A DNA stretch of 64,000 bases from Psilocybe cubensis. Lineage: Eukaryota. The notes below the pieces were generated by a model. That model did not search any database. It saw only the letters and a list, made by a program, of their open reading frames with translations, and had not been told where the DNA came from. Made by a program: the position numbers and the translations under genes. The stretch is from the NCBI GenBank assembly GCA_017499595.2, contig CM039003.1:3472001-3536000 (forward strand). Reading direction: 5' to 3'. Below, in pieces: positions 50,357-64,000 of the stretch; position 1 is the stretch's first letter; the number at the start of each line of letters is the position of its first letter.

Positions 50357-50829
50357 CTCTCTCACCTCGCTTCTATCACCATGAAGCTCAGTGGTACGTT
50401 TTACTTCACTACATAAACGTATCCGATGCTAACTAATTTATTTTTTTTAAATTGAGCAGCAACTGTCCCTAGGGCAAAGGTGGCATTAGCTCGATGTTTG
50501 AGGCTATGCACGGCTCCGTCAAACCTCTCACCGGGTCATGGAGGCCGTGAGTTGAATAAAGATGTATACATTGAGCTCTGTTGACTCAGGTATATATTCT
50601 ATCTATCCATTCTTGTATACCCGCTGACTCAACCTTAAAAGTCAGTCCCTGTACGCCCACGGACCTCCTAACAATATGGTTACCCGCGGTGACATCCCCT
50701 TTAATTCACAGCGATGTTTGACTGTGCCGTTTGAATTTATCTTGAAGGATATAGAGTATTCAAAGTTAATGTATAGTAATATATGTTTGACATGATGGTA
50801 ATTATAATGTTCATTAGTGACTACATTAC

Positions 50830-52110
50830 TCAGTCAGGTCAGAGAGGCATACTCATCGATATATTCGTCAAGGGGATCAGGAAGGCAGCTGTGTATATCT
50901 CTAGGAACGTGAGACTCAACATTGGCATTGAGGTGTACCACCCACTCTCTGGGTTACTTTGTGATATTTAGACACTCATAAACTTGAATGATGCGAGGAT
51001 TCTTTGGGAAAACCATGTGATTCTCGATGAAAAATCACAATTACCCATAACTAACCGGGTGGGAGAAATTTGAGATAACATCTTAAAGGAAGCGAGATGA
51101 AAGAGATAAAAAAACATTGTATTGTCGTCGATGATGTGCTGTATGGTGTATAATAATGCATGTCTTCTGCAGAACCAGCACACCCAGATCATAGCACTTG
51201 CCCAATGGATGTCCAGCTGAATATGAGCCATCCGACTAGCTATATATGAGTTGGTGTTTAGTGAAACATGGCGACGCCACGATGGAGTTAGTGCGCACAT
51301 GGATTTTCTGGATTAAATAAAGGTGTGAGGGGATGGCATTATTGGATGACCTTTCGCCGTCAACCCTCTGCAAAAAGACGCACTCTTGGTGAGTTTTCAT
51401 TCCAGATAAAATGTTACTAACAATCGTACCTCTCCACCTCTAAATCACCCCTACCGCGTCGGTGGCACGCGACCTGAATTTTTTCAGAGATTGAACAGTT
51501 ACTACCAGCTCGTTGGAACGAAAGAGAGGGGGGAAAGAGACTGCGTACCTTCTATCCTCATTCGGGTATGTAGGGGTGAAGATATTGGCTCTACAGGATC
51601 TCATATTGAGCCTGGAGCAGTACCATGCACTCGTTGAAGATGGATGTATCACGTTGAAGTTTACTTTCCCCTCTCTTGCTCGTTGTGACGATGGGGTGCG
51701 TTGATGCTTGATGTTGGATTGAAGTACTCGTTGGAGTATTTGATAGCACTACAAGCCATAAAAATTGGCGATGGAAATAGTCGTGACGATGATAAACTGA
51801 TGACAGTGTTTGAAAATGCAGTCCCGGCCATTTCTGTAATAGTGTGTTAGGTCTAACTGCGTTTGCGATATCTGATAGACCATCCTACTCACTTGTAAGC
51901 TTGACAATATCTCAAAGAGGCGTCGATTATCGTGTTGCGCAGGACTGCACAATATATGAGGACTTCGGGTAGCTGTAATCTCTGCACACAGAGAACAATG
52001 GGACTCTTATCGATGAATCTCACAAGCTCCATATGGTGGTTCTCAATCCAGACTTTTTGTTTTTCGCTACATCGTGTAAAATTGGGGAAAATATGCCGAT
52101 AATTTCCCAT
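50830..52110 (-). pseudogene. Probable degenerate multi-exon gene of unknown family
   Basis: ATG at 52110 with a 73-aa ORF ending at a gtgagt donor, and further donors (gtacgc, gtacga). Internal stops. Confidence 0.3.
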
Positions 52111-53372
52111 TCTGGGCAGTTATTTTACTAATTCACTCAAATGGACCAGATATTTTATTACACGACGTCGTAGGGTGGGTACCCTTAATTTACAACCATT
52201 ACATCGCGGAGCCAAGATGCTGCAGCCCCTGAATCATATTCCCGGCCATTCCCGGCTTGCGGCGACATTTGGCTGCCAACAACAAGACCAAACAAAAGCA
52301 ACTTGTCTCTCCACCCCGTCCAGTCGCACAGTCAACGACGACATGAAGCCGAGATAGAAGCTATTGAGTATAAACGGAACAATCGCAGCTACTGTCTACG
52401 GAAGTCACTGAGGTATGTAATGATGATTTTGTGCGTGGAGGGGTGGAAATGTAGGAAAGGGGTCGTTGAAAGTAAGTGGTTTACAGCCTCTTTGATCCCT
52501 CTTCCACCATCTTACATCCCGTGTACCACCGCTAACATTTCCAGGGATGATGCCCATGAAATCCAGGTACATTCAACATCGTGTCACTCCAGGCCACGAA
52601 CAAGGAAGAAGCGAACGCCGGGAGGACGCGGAGTCAGGAGTGTCTCCCATTCATTTGAACGCGTGTTCATGCTTTTGTGCCGCCTTATGAAGTCCGTCTA
52701 TGACGCGTTGGAAAAGACGTAGGAATCTATCCTGCGGCTTTAACATGTCAAATGCAGCACAGTTATTCATTGGTTGATCAACTCGTCTTCTTGCTGCACT
52801 CATTAGTTTCCCGCTTCTCTCGAGTCTCACCTTCCGCCAGAACCGGATTGTTGCTTAGACTAGAAAGGGATGGTAGCGTGGTATGATAGCTGAAATCCCG
52901 TGTTAGAAGCACGAGTACTTTCTCTTTGTCTTAACTGTATCACTGAGTCATCAGGGTCTACCTAACTGTTACACCCGAGGTCGGAAGGTCAGCTTGAACC
53001 TAGACGAACCTCATTGTAATCAGTGGCTCATTTTATAAATACACCTGTGAAAAAATGACATATTAACCAATCACCAGTCACTTTTTGTGTGATGGAAAAT
53101 AGGACATGAGGTGGGGATGTCAGGTCATTTCACTCGGCACGTCAGGGAATTGGTGCGGCCGTAAGCATACAAAGACATTGATTGTGTGTGTTCATGGGAA
53201 ACAGAACGCTTTTTTGCCTAAAAAGCTACAACATCATTTTATACACGAGGATTCGACAAGTCATCTTATACAGCCTTCACACCGTGTCGAAATATTGCTC
53301 CCCCCTTGCCCTCTTCCATTGTTCCCCCAAGCCCTACCACAGAACAAACCACTAATACATCCTATCCGAGTC

Positions 53373-55217
53373 ATGGATTATTGTGACACACTCGATTGGA
53401 GCCTCTTCGTTTCTGGACTCTATGATGGTGAGTATCTTCCATACTAGTACTTCAGCTGGATCTCTTATCCATTTTTAATTTGTCTACAGAAAGTTCAGAT
53501 ACTATACTACCCGGGGACGCATCATCGATGGCTTACATTACAGACAACAACGCTGCCGCTCAGGATGTAACCACTGGCTCCCAGCACACGGCGGCACTGT
53601 TTTCAAGTAACCTCCACAATCCCATTCAACCTGCTTTCGTATCAGGTTCATATCCTTCTACAAGTCTGGAAGGCGAAAACAGTAAGTCATGGAGCTGATT
53701 ATTTGTTCCGCGCAACGTTGACAGGAAGATGATAAGCAACGATATCCACCGAGTCGGATGAAGGATACTCATACCCACTATTTTCCACCCCAGCCACTCA
53801 CTCGTCTCCGATTTCCCATGTTCAACAAGCGTCAGGTTCTTCATCACGCCTTGAACTGTCCCCGGAGCCTTCACTAGAACCATTTCCCCATTATTCTTTC
53901 GAGGACATCAATCGTAAGGATTGAATTTTTATGCACGATTTCACGCTGACCGAGCATCGACGAATAGCATTGTTTAGTTCCTCGTTTAACCTTTTCCCCA
54001 TGATAGGTCAAGGACGCGTGTCAAGTCCCGATGCATGCCCGATCTTTCCCGACCCTGCTATTCAACCATCCACTTCGTATTCAGAAATTTGTCCAACCAG
54101 TCCACACACCTCCCATCAGATGTCATCAAGCAGACGTCAATCTCTGCCTCTTGGGAACTTTGGAAATTATCCATCGATGAACGTGGATGATGGGTGCGTC
54201 TATCGTCGCGGAATTGTGTTAAAACCTAATCAACTTCTTCAGGCATTATCCATCCACGTCCTCAACGAGTGCTGCCCAAGAAAATGTCCAACCAAATCGT
54301 TATATCGATGTCATTCACGGTGGAGTCTGGTTCACCGAAAGCGATCCATCTACACAGGCACCACATAACCACACTAGGGTGCCCACAGAAGATGAGAAAC
54401 AAACACGACAATTGGTTCCAACGCTTTCAAGCGTTGATCAATTGATTTCGTACTATCACAGCCACAGCCACAAATACCTCTCAAGCGATAGTACCAGCGA
54501 TTTCCACTCTAACAATGGAGAAAAGGAAATACGCTATCACGAAAGATCCATGCAGATGGACTCGAACCGCGAAGAGAGCTCCGGGGTTGGCCCCGTCGAG
54601 CCTCTCGCTAAGCTCGTAGAAAGCGATGGAGGGTATGATAACCTATTTCCTTTTCTCATTTCCAGTGAGTGAAACTGATGTCTCGCATAATTTCTTTAGA
54701 ATGGCCAACCATCCCTCCAGGACAAAGAGGTACAAGTCATCCTACCGTCCAATGAACAAATACATGCCAACTGACTGTGACTGTCAAAACTAGGCGACTT
54801 TCCAGCGCTTCTAGATATACCCAGAGGAGAAACCTATCCACGGCAGAGAGCGATAGGTATGTGATACCACGTACCTTTGATCATTATTGGCAACCTTTGA
54901 CATTCCATTCCACCCGAATTGTACTCTGACACAGGTGTGATTCCGCCTCTGTAGTCAGACGGCCACGAAGAGGTTCGCGACTCGACCCTGAAAGTACCTC
55001 GGCAGTGACCGAGGTTCTTCGGGACGAAGGGAGAGGCAAAGGTAGGGTCGCGGAAACATCGAGGGCCGCACCGAGGCCGCAGATCAAGCCGGTACCACCG
55101 AGGTGCCTGGCTGACGAGTTCTCGCAGAGGCGTTTGGTAATCAAAGAGCGCCCGCGTCACCGAAAGCACGGTGGAGAAATCGGCTTTCAGGTGATAGAGG
55201 CTCCAGGGCAGCCCTAG
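53373..55217 (+). CDS. Family A copy A2
   Basis: ATG at 53373 (MDYCDTLDWSLFVSGLYD|gtgagt). The last three introns are all phase 2 and keep the frame to TAG at 55217. Homologous to A1 including the promoter (53021-53270 vs 2266-2538). Middle exons were not fully verified. Confidence 0.7.
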
Positions 55218-55992
55218 AGTTTGACACTGCTCAAACATCATACAAAAAGTAGTTAGTATCCAATAAAAATTTACTATAACACAAATACCTTTAATTCCAC
55301 TGAATATTGATAAGTCCTGAATATTGATAAGTCTGGTCACTGTTCAACTCTTTAGTGGTGTGGTAATGCAATATAGACGTTGCGCAAAGGGTTCAATGTT
55401 GCGGAGTGAGATAAGAATTTGGTTATCTTCGAGATAATCAAAAGGGTCCTGTGACCATGGGAAATTCAGATCCTTCAAATGCCTTTTGAAGCAAGATGAC
55501 AGAACAAATGAGATGCTTGGCAGACGGGCTCGACTTGAATTCTGGAGAGTGCACACGGATTTTGGTTGCGGCTGTGATCAAGACTGTCTGCGACTCAGGG
55601 CACTGTCAAGGAGGAATCGAGTTGTGAACGGCTTAGAATGCACCTCTACTTCCTCCAGCATACTGTCCTGGTGTACAAAATTGTACAGCCTACTTCTTTG
55701 TTATACTAATTAACATAACACGTTACTGCAGTGTAGAAATGGCCGAATAAAACGTAAGATGTGTGATACAACTGTGATGTCAGATGCTTCAAACTATGAG
55801 TGTGTATTATGCGTGTAACATCAAGCAGCACCGACGGGACACAACAGATATAAATTCTTGGGAGTCATTATCAGCAACATCTCCACCCAGGAAATTCAAA
55901 GCCTGTCAACGTTTTCTCAAGCTACAAGCTCAAAACATAGAACTATATCGAAAATATAATATAAATATATTGAGAAACACAAACATGAATGA

Positions 55993-57284
55993 CTATTGGA
56001 TCATAGTAGCATCCAGCGTCCAGGGGCCCCCACTGCATCCCTTTTCACGGCGCAATCTCCTGAATTGAGGATATGCACTCAGATAGTTTCGTAACGTACT
56101 CTATTCGTCACAATAAATGCTCATCAGTAGTATATTTTTGCGAAGGAGAGCATCTGGCTTACCCGCCATTCTGTACCATACTCTGTTGTTTCCAACAAAG
56201 GGTACTTCCCCATAATATACATTTCAATTTCATGAAATGTTGCCTTGTGATTGCGACAGCAGATCGCTAACATAAGTACCTGTGCTGGTTTATAGATCAT
56301 CCATGGGTCCGGGCCCCATGGCCACGCATCTTCTAGCGGAATATTATACGGTATTTTGAGGATTGAACGAACCTCCCTGTCTGTATACTCTGCGGACGGC
56401 AGAGCATCCACTTCATAGGGGGTTAGCACCCCACTGGTACGTTTGCGCCGCGCACTCTTTTGCGCAGGGGTCTCTCCAACGCGACTCCGAGTCAAACGCG
56501 ACTTCGGCGCTTTGCGTGGGTGCGCGGAGGTGCCTCGTTTGCGCGCGGGTGCCTGAAGAGTAATATAATGAATCAGTTCATGAATTTTGACTGATAAAAA
56601 AGGAGAACGTACCTTCGACGAGCTGGCTTTGCCTTTGAGAAGATAGGGATCCGACATGGATGACGATGAGGAAGTTGGCGAAGAGGTGGTTAGAGCATGC
56701 GACGTATATGAGAAGAAGTGAACGTTTGCTGTGGCTGGAGAAGCAGCAGGCAGTGACCATGGTGGCATGACACAAAATTCCGGATAAGACCTGCTTGAAG
56801 GGACATGATGTATGTTCTTCATCGCAGAAAACTCAATATCTAGCAGTTTTAATGATAGAAAATCACGCACCGCATATCCACTAGATGATACATGTTGGGG
56901 GATCGACGATGTGGCGATGGAACCAGCAGAAGCTGACGGATTCCTCGAGCTAGATGGTGCATGGCTGGTGGTGGTACCAGTGTTGAGGTAATCGGAGTCG
57001 TCGTTGTAATTGACGTAGCCCTCCATTTCCCTGAACGCTTCCTCTGACTCCTCATCCGACAAGACTGCAAAGTCGTATGCAGATACGCTCTCCTTAACCT
57101 CGTCCTTGTTCGCGTTATTTTCGTAGCTGGGGTCCATGCTATGGTCGGTGAGCTCCTCCATGTCTGGGTACCACATATCTTCCTCTGACTCCGTCTCGGG
57201 CGAGTGTATAATCTCTGGGATGTTTAAGGAGTAGGATTCGGTGAGATATGAGTAGCTGGATGGGTGCGTCGTGTTGGAAAACAT
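55993..57284 (-). CDS. Forkhead transcription factor C2
   Basis: ATG at 57284. Introns ~56818-56871, 56553-56612 and 56101-56162 at the same positions as in C1. Domain: PAQVLMLAICCRNHKATFHEIEMYIMGKYPLLETTEYGTEWRSTLRNYLSAYPQFRRLRREKGCSGGPWTLD. Confidence 0.88.
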
Positions 57285-60116
57285 GGCTGGTATACTTTCC
57301 AATGGCTAGAAATCAAGTATGGTGGGGGAGTACAAGAAAGAGGACCAAACAAATCCGAGGTAAAAGTAGGTAATATGCACCGCTGATGTTTCCGAGTGGC
57401 TCAATCCCTGAGAAGACGGCGATCTTCCAGCCTAAAGGCCAGCCTGTCAAACCACAGATGCCCATTGTTCCCTTCGCACATTTCTCACGCCAACATTATC
57501 TGAATGCAATCAACGCTCTACAAGGATGTTACAGGACACACGGCAGCCGAGGGTATACGAGAGAACGAGGGGTTTAACCACCCATATATGATACTATTAC
57601 ACATTTAATTTCCTATAAAAGATATGGAGATTCATAGTGATGATTGAACCTCGTTGTGGCGACACTGACACTGACGCCGCGAGGTCAGGACAGTGACCGA
57701 AGTTCCGAGCGTCCAAGCGTGTATATTCTGGTTCATAATACGTACATCTGTTGATGTAACAAGGGCAGTGCTTGGCCCACAACTCATTTTTAGAACAGGG
57801 GACGTAACTTCTTGTTTTTTAGACGCCATTCATCCCTTACGAAATGTCTTTCGTTATATCTATTATAACGAAGCCTCTGTGCGACGTAGTGACAACTTAA
57901 AATCAGAGCTTTGATTGAAAGTTTACATAGAATTAGGCGCCCACGCACAAGTATTTCAGCCTGGAGAAACACGCTGATCCACCATTATTAATGCACCGGT
58001 AAATATCGCCGCCGTATATCCAATTAATTAGGACTGGCCAAGTGCCTCCTGATCTGCGCCCATTCTCAAATTGGCAGGTCCAGTCTTTTATCTTCCCTAC
58101 TAGTTTTCTCCCTGCGAACGCTTCCGATGGGAAACTGCTTATTGGATGAGTGTATATGCAGGGTTGCTTCTTTTCAATCTGAACCAATAGTATTTCAACC
58201 CGGAGCGCTCCATTCATGTGCGCCGGCGTCGTCAACTGAGAATATTTAGACAACAAAGGTATAATGACTTCATATTTTACCTGTCATCGTCCAGAACCCG
58301 TGCATCAAGGGCTATCTAAACGCCCTGCAAACGCCTAGCTCGTGTTGCGGATCTTATTCGACTAGAACAGGCGCGAGACGAGGAGTGGCGATTGCGCTAT
58401 TTTTTAACATCTCTCGGACTTTGAACAAAACAACAATTTCTCTTTCCTATGTTACCCCTATGGATGATAATAATGGATTTATGCAATGGCTGGACATTCC
58501 AAACGAATGTTTTCTTCTCTGCGGGTAAAAGTAACCTCCTCAGGATTGTCAGGCCCCTGCTAACATGTTTAATTAGCTATGTTCTCAAAGGAGTTGTGGT
58601 ATAGCTTTACAGATGACGTGGGAGATTACTCACGGTAATTAGTATCGTTCTGAATCTCAAATTATCGAGTCACGAAGAAACCCTAACCCAGTATCTAGCT
58701 ATTCTTTACTGACTTCGTGTGCAGGCTACTCGGTGAGCCTCCAGAGTCCAAAAGCTAAGTTGGTTGCCGGGTCGGAGACTGAAACAAATGATCGGCAAGT
58801 GGCGATTTTTGATTGATGAACATGAGAAATCTTGCCGCTCTGGAACCGCGAACATGTTGGAGGATGGACAAGGATCCCGGTCATGGCTTAGGGAAGGAAT
58901 TCCTGACTTACGGCGCGCTCACCGCTTTCAATTGGGGCAAGAACAGGTGCGTGGCTCTTTTCTCTATGGATTCTACTCACATTCTTCCAGTTTCATATCA
59001 CCTCTCCACAGCCTAACAACTCTCCCATCGACGACCCAAACCACTCGCATCAGTTCCTGCGCGTTGCGCTGCTAAACCTCTCTTCTACTCAGAATATCTG
59101 TCTTGAAGCAGAGCGTGTACAACACTCAGCAACAAGAATCATCGACGCCCATGCACCCTCCCCGATCGAGATCTCTCGCACTCCAGCAGTCTCTTCCGCT
59201 TCTTCCATAGGTGACCCAGACCCCCGCACGTTCCTCCCCTGCAGAGTCTCTACAAATTCGTCCGATACGCTCCACCATTTCTTGATGGATTTGGTCATTA
59301 CAAGGCATGTTCTGCAGCCTGTGGAGCGTGGACTGCAGGGGCGTTGAGGAGCGAGGCCGAGTGCGTATACTTTTAGGGAGAACTGTGGAAGTTACTGGAA
59401 TTCAAATAGGTGAGTTTCTCTCTTCTCAGTTTTTTGTCCGAGTTTGCCTCTGCCTCTTTCCCCAGACTCCAGCATATCGCCGCGGCCGCCTCCACCCCAT
59501 GCATTCCAACAGAGCTCCCGCTCGACTCTCGCCTGATCTGCTGCCACCTCGCTGCTGCGAATGGGTTCCATGTTATCCAAAAAGCCCTCAAGAGCAAGAG
59601 TTGACGCATCGCCGCGTCTTTGTCACGAACATCCGAGTACCAGTCCTGCACAACACCAGAATCTCGATCTATATCAGCGCATACATACGTTCAGCTCGTT
59701 GGCTATGCGGGCGCGGTACAGTGCAGACGGGTCAGAACAGATGGAATTGTACACCGGTATATTGTGGGTGAGAGTGTGGGTGTAGGTGGGTGCAAATATG
59801 CGTGCTTCCCCTGCCAACGCATGAGCCTGTGCGCCGCGGCGCCCATGCTACGACCCTCTGTACTGACCAAACACTGTTTTATCTCTCAGTATCTCATTCC
59901 ACGGGTTCTATATTCCTTTCTTGCCTTGTCAGGTTTTTATCATCTACTTCACACCTGCACCGCGCTTGTCCGCTGCTGATTTGTCTACAGAAAAATTGTA
60001 ACTTTGAATTCATGTTTTTTCAGCGAGACCAACCTCTGCCGGCAGTCTTTAAAGCCATTTAAGAGTGCATGTTTGACGGAAATGAGGTACAGAGTTGTAT
60101 AGAACTCGCTAGCTTT

Positions 60117-60846
60117 CTATCCATCCCAGCATACCTTGATTTGAACCACTTGATCCCTGTATACACGGACATACACCTCATGTCCGCTTTCATGTGGGCC
60201 AACTGACAGTAAAAATACAATCGCAATAAGGTTTTGATTGTTCTAGCTGAACAAATGAGAACAACTTACAAATAAACCCTCCAGGAACGACACCACCCAG
60301 ATCCGCAAATGCACTCAAGGCATTGTCAATGCCCACCTCTTCAAACTCTTGCGCGACTTCAAGAGCCAGAACACACCCAATCGTCGAATTAAAATACTCT
60401 TCGTGTACCTTTTTCCACTCTATACCATCCAGATTCAATGGGGAGACGAGGGGCTCTTGAGGCAACGAGTTGTAGTCAATATGCCCGTCCGAAACCCACG
60501 TTGCGCAGAACGGGGCTTCGTCGGTGCCAGCGGTGCCTTCCACCACAGACCATAAACCAGGTTTTGCGTTGTATATGACCGCATCCCTGTCACCTCCGCC
60601 TGATCCAGCGATCTCCATCAACTCCCGCATCTCGTTGTCTCCAAAAACGGATCCAATCTCGAAGATGATCAGTGTACGCGAGCCTCCCACCTTGAATCAT
60701 ATACAAACACTCCCGGATGAGTCAAAGCGGGAAGTTAATATAGTGTGGATTTTTACACTCACTTCAAATATCCGGCTTGCCGTTGAAGCGTTCAGTTTGG
60801 TGACTCTTTCCGTCAGGGATGTATCCCATTCGTTGTATGTGACCAT
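60117..60846 (-). CDS. Hypothetical acidic protein (~200 aa, 3 exons)
   Basis: TATAAATA at 60928-60935 (minus), ATG at 60846, gtgagt and gtaagt introns, and a 166-aa central ORF (VIYNAKPGLW..). The last exon boundary is uncertain. Confidence 0.65.
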
Positions 60847-61050
60847 GGTGGTTGATGAATGAAAACGGAGGGGGCTGTGATCCCAAAGAAAAGGGTTGCT
60901 GGGAAATTAGAAGCAATGTTATGTATATATTTATAGACCATTCAACCACTTTGTGATCGCATTAAAAAGCTGAGGACAAGTTCCGGAACATATTTACATA
61001 GTACAAAGTTTATACGATCTCCCAACTACTACTACTACGGCGTTTCTCCT

Positions 61051-64000
61051 CTAGAAATAGACCCAGGTGACTTGAGTGTACGAGAGCGCGTTTATCTGAG
61101 TCGCATCTATCGACATCGTTTTGATTGATTGGCACTGATTCATTTGTCAATCAGAAGGGTTCATCTACCACAATAGAGCAGGAACATTGCTTACTGAAAT
61201 TGGTAGGTTAACAGAGACTGTTGTCTGTCCCTGAGGAATCTTTCCGATCAACGCAGTTTTTGCATTTGCGAGGAAGGTTGCGGCTCTCGAGTTGAATCCA
61301 GCTGTAAGGAGACTTCTTTCAGGATCAAAATGTAAGGCTAGTTTTCCATCTATGACTCACTGAGAAGTCCATTCTATTCAGAGTAAGCAGTGTTAATATT
61401 CGTAATGTGTGCCCTTTAAATGAGATTTGGACTTACAATCCAATTTCTACAAGCAAGTTGTGAGCAAAACGAGTATATGAGAGTGAGTAGACTGTGAAGC
61501 TTGAAGACGCACTTGTAAGCGGTAGAAACATCGAAAGGTTGAGCAGGTGGAAAAGCAGCCTCATATTCAGCGATAAAGTTTATCCAAAGTTGGCGGACCT
61601 ACACCATGTATTGGAGCTTACGATGTATGAGGAAAGTCCTGGTTTACTCACTGAATCCGCCCGAATTTTGAATTCGATCTCAATAGTTCTGTCCTGTAGG
61701 TAATCAGTTGCCACACCTGCTGCTCGCAAGAGGAACAGGATTGCAGATGCATCTTTTGATGGTCCTTGCATGTTTGCTAGTGTTCTAAACTCCTTTTGTC
61801 CAGCGAGGAACTACATGTTCACATTGATTGAGGTCACAGGAATCGTTAGATTTGTGTAAATAACATACCGCTTCCCTAGATAAATGAGCAAAATGTGCCA
61901 TGACATTGAATATTTACAGTATTCTGTTCAATCCATCGTAACTCACTTGGCTGAATTCGCGATGCCCAACAGAACTTAAGCCTTTAATTTTAGCCTGATA
62001 TTGTCCGTCAAAAACCAAATGTACGCTCACCTGGCATTTCATCGGTTCCAGTTGGCTGAATGGAACGCAAGGCATCGGCAAGAATCACACCCTGTGTTCC
62101 AAACGGACTGAAAACGTAAGTCTTCAGCCAGTTGCATGCGCTCATGCCACGCAAATCGACGTTTTTGACAACAACATCCTGATATGTTTGTTAGAGGGTG
62201 AAATAATTCTAGGGTTACTTTGGCGGGCCACTAACCGTCATGAACTGTGTCAGAAGCTTTAAGTGAAAAAATCACGTCAGCATTTGCCTCTATTGGGCAT
62301 ACAGACGACCGACTGACTTGCATCTGTTCACACGTACATTGATCAAAAATCTTCGACAAGGAAAGGAAATACCTGAGCTCACCTCATAGACGTGCTCTTT
62401 CGCATATCCGTCATCGTTCCGACTGGTAGTTCTAGCAGCGTACTGGAGATATGGGTAAGTGAGATAATGTATTGAGTGTAGCGAGAACCTCCTACAGAAT
62501 TTCGTGCGCCCCAGTCTGCTGCGGTGGTGCTTAAACTAAGCACAAGAATTGAACGAAAATTCTTCAGGAAAAGGGATAGAGTTATTACTCATCAAGCTCG
62601 AGTAAATCCCATATTCCGTCTGGCAGGGTATTTTGGTATGCTGAAAAACGGAGTAAGAATCGGAATGACCAACTTGGGAAATGAACTACGGGGAGGCTTA
62701 ATGGTCAATCCCAGGCTACTTCTGGTTATGATTCCACAACGGGTCTCAGAAATTTTCAGGAAAGAGAAAGACGGCTTAAACTCACGGGCATCCTGTCACG
62801 CTGACCCGACGTTCAAGATGGACTGCCCGACTTGTGTCAACTAAAATCGTCGCAGCTGACACATTCAAAATAATATACCTATATGTTCTTCGCTTCGGGT
62901 TTCAAGTTCATCGTCACCGTCATCGGGATCGGGGTCAGGGACGCTGTCTGCGAGAGCGTCAGCACAACTTCCACTGGTTCCGTTATTTTCCTTCGGGTGT
63001 GGGCAGTCGAATAGGCCTGAGAACAAACCGCGAGACTCCAGACTACCTTCCCGAGCCTCGAAATATTGCAAATTACTCCCCGTACCCCCGTGACGTTTCT
63101 TCCTAAATGGCTTTGCCATGCTAAATCCAACGCTTTCATTTCCTGGTAAATCGCGGGGAGTATATATTGAGCGGCGAGCAGGGGAGTCCGAGAATGAGAT
63201 ACTAGTGCTATGAGTTTTACGCACAGTTAGCTGACTTCATATGACATTATGGAGGTTGCGGACCTGTACAAGTTATAGTCTTGATGGAAAAAGTTGAATG
63301 GACCAACCGTGCCTCCCAATCCAGACGCACCCTATGAAACGGTAAGGGATGATACAATAAACTTGTTGAAGTGTTGCACTTACAGCAAGGAAGTCGACTT
63401 GAGCGTCAATGCTAGCGTCAACTCCTTGTAAATTTGCATTAAAAGACATGACGAGAGCACCATCAACGGTAATGGTGGCTATTTCACACCATAGTCAGCT
63501 ATGTTTGCAAGTCAAAGAACACTAACTACCTTGTGCCCCTATTTCGAGCGGTGTCCCTGGGAATACAGTGAACACCGCTGCGGCTTCTGGTATAACATGA
63601 ACACTGGAATATCAATGTGCATAAGCTTATCAGAATGGGTGTTAACAGTGAATGAATACCCTAAGGATCCGCCAAGCTCGACATCTAGTGTGGGTTGTAT
63701 AGTCCACCCTAATAAAAAAAATATAGTCGATTGAAGTCAGCGCCAAAGATAGTCAAACTCACCATACTCTTGACCTGGAGCGGTATCGCTTCCCTTATCA
63801 ACCGGTGTCTGTGTCCCGCCTACGAGACCAAACGACACATGCCTGTGAAGGACGAATTGGATTAGTACTCCACGAACCATTCATCTCTTGTCTGTGGATA
63901 AAACAAACCCTTGGGGAAGCGTGTAGGCCGCAGTAGCTCCAAAGGTTCCAGACAAAGATAATTGGCCAATAATCTGGCCATCTTGTATTTCATAAATCAT
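61051..64000 (-). CDS. 3' part of a large multi-intron gene, resembling the long C-terminal extensions of fungal GH18 chitinase-associated proteins (tentative)
   Basis: Many short GT-AG introns. Exons include LFDCPHPK..SCADALADSVPDPDPDDGDDEL, GYAKEHVYE, ACNWLKTYVF, LLRAAGVATDYLQD; ends QVTWVYF*. No catalytic domain is visible in the window. Confidence 0.55.

Overview
This is eukaryotic fungal DNA, very likely an agaricomycete (mushroom), judged from ~55-65 nt GT-AG introns with CTRAY branch points and a DUF6534-type membrane protein gene. Only one clearly conserved housekeeping gene is present, the splicing factor PRP6 (37019-40509, minus). It lies with the DUF6534 gene in a ~12.8 kb spacer flanked by ~7 kb inverted arms (20961-27947 vs 40756-47844). 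Older mirrored blocks lie further out (351-2538 vs 53021-55217; 11673-13598 vs 43869-45957; 14471-15000 vs 49790-50356). The duplicated material is a recurring set of lineage-specific genes: family A (disordered, basic tail), family B (GT[IV]DPA motif, NLS-like tail), forkhead transcription factors with non-canonical recognition helices (two intact, two internally scrambled, one orphan exon), F-box-like relics and a decayed family D. Also seen are an 80-aa two-finger C2H2-like microprotein, a 742-bp TIR element with a 4-bp TSD, and a 19-bp double-GATA motif present six times upstream of unrelated gene starts. All alignments and splice models were made by eye; repeat boundaries are approximate and no database search was run.
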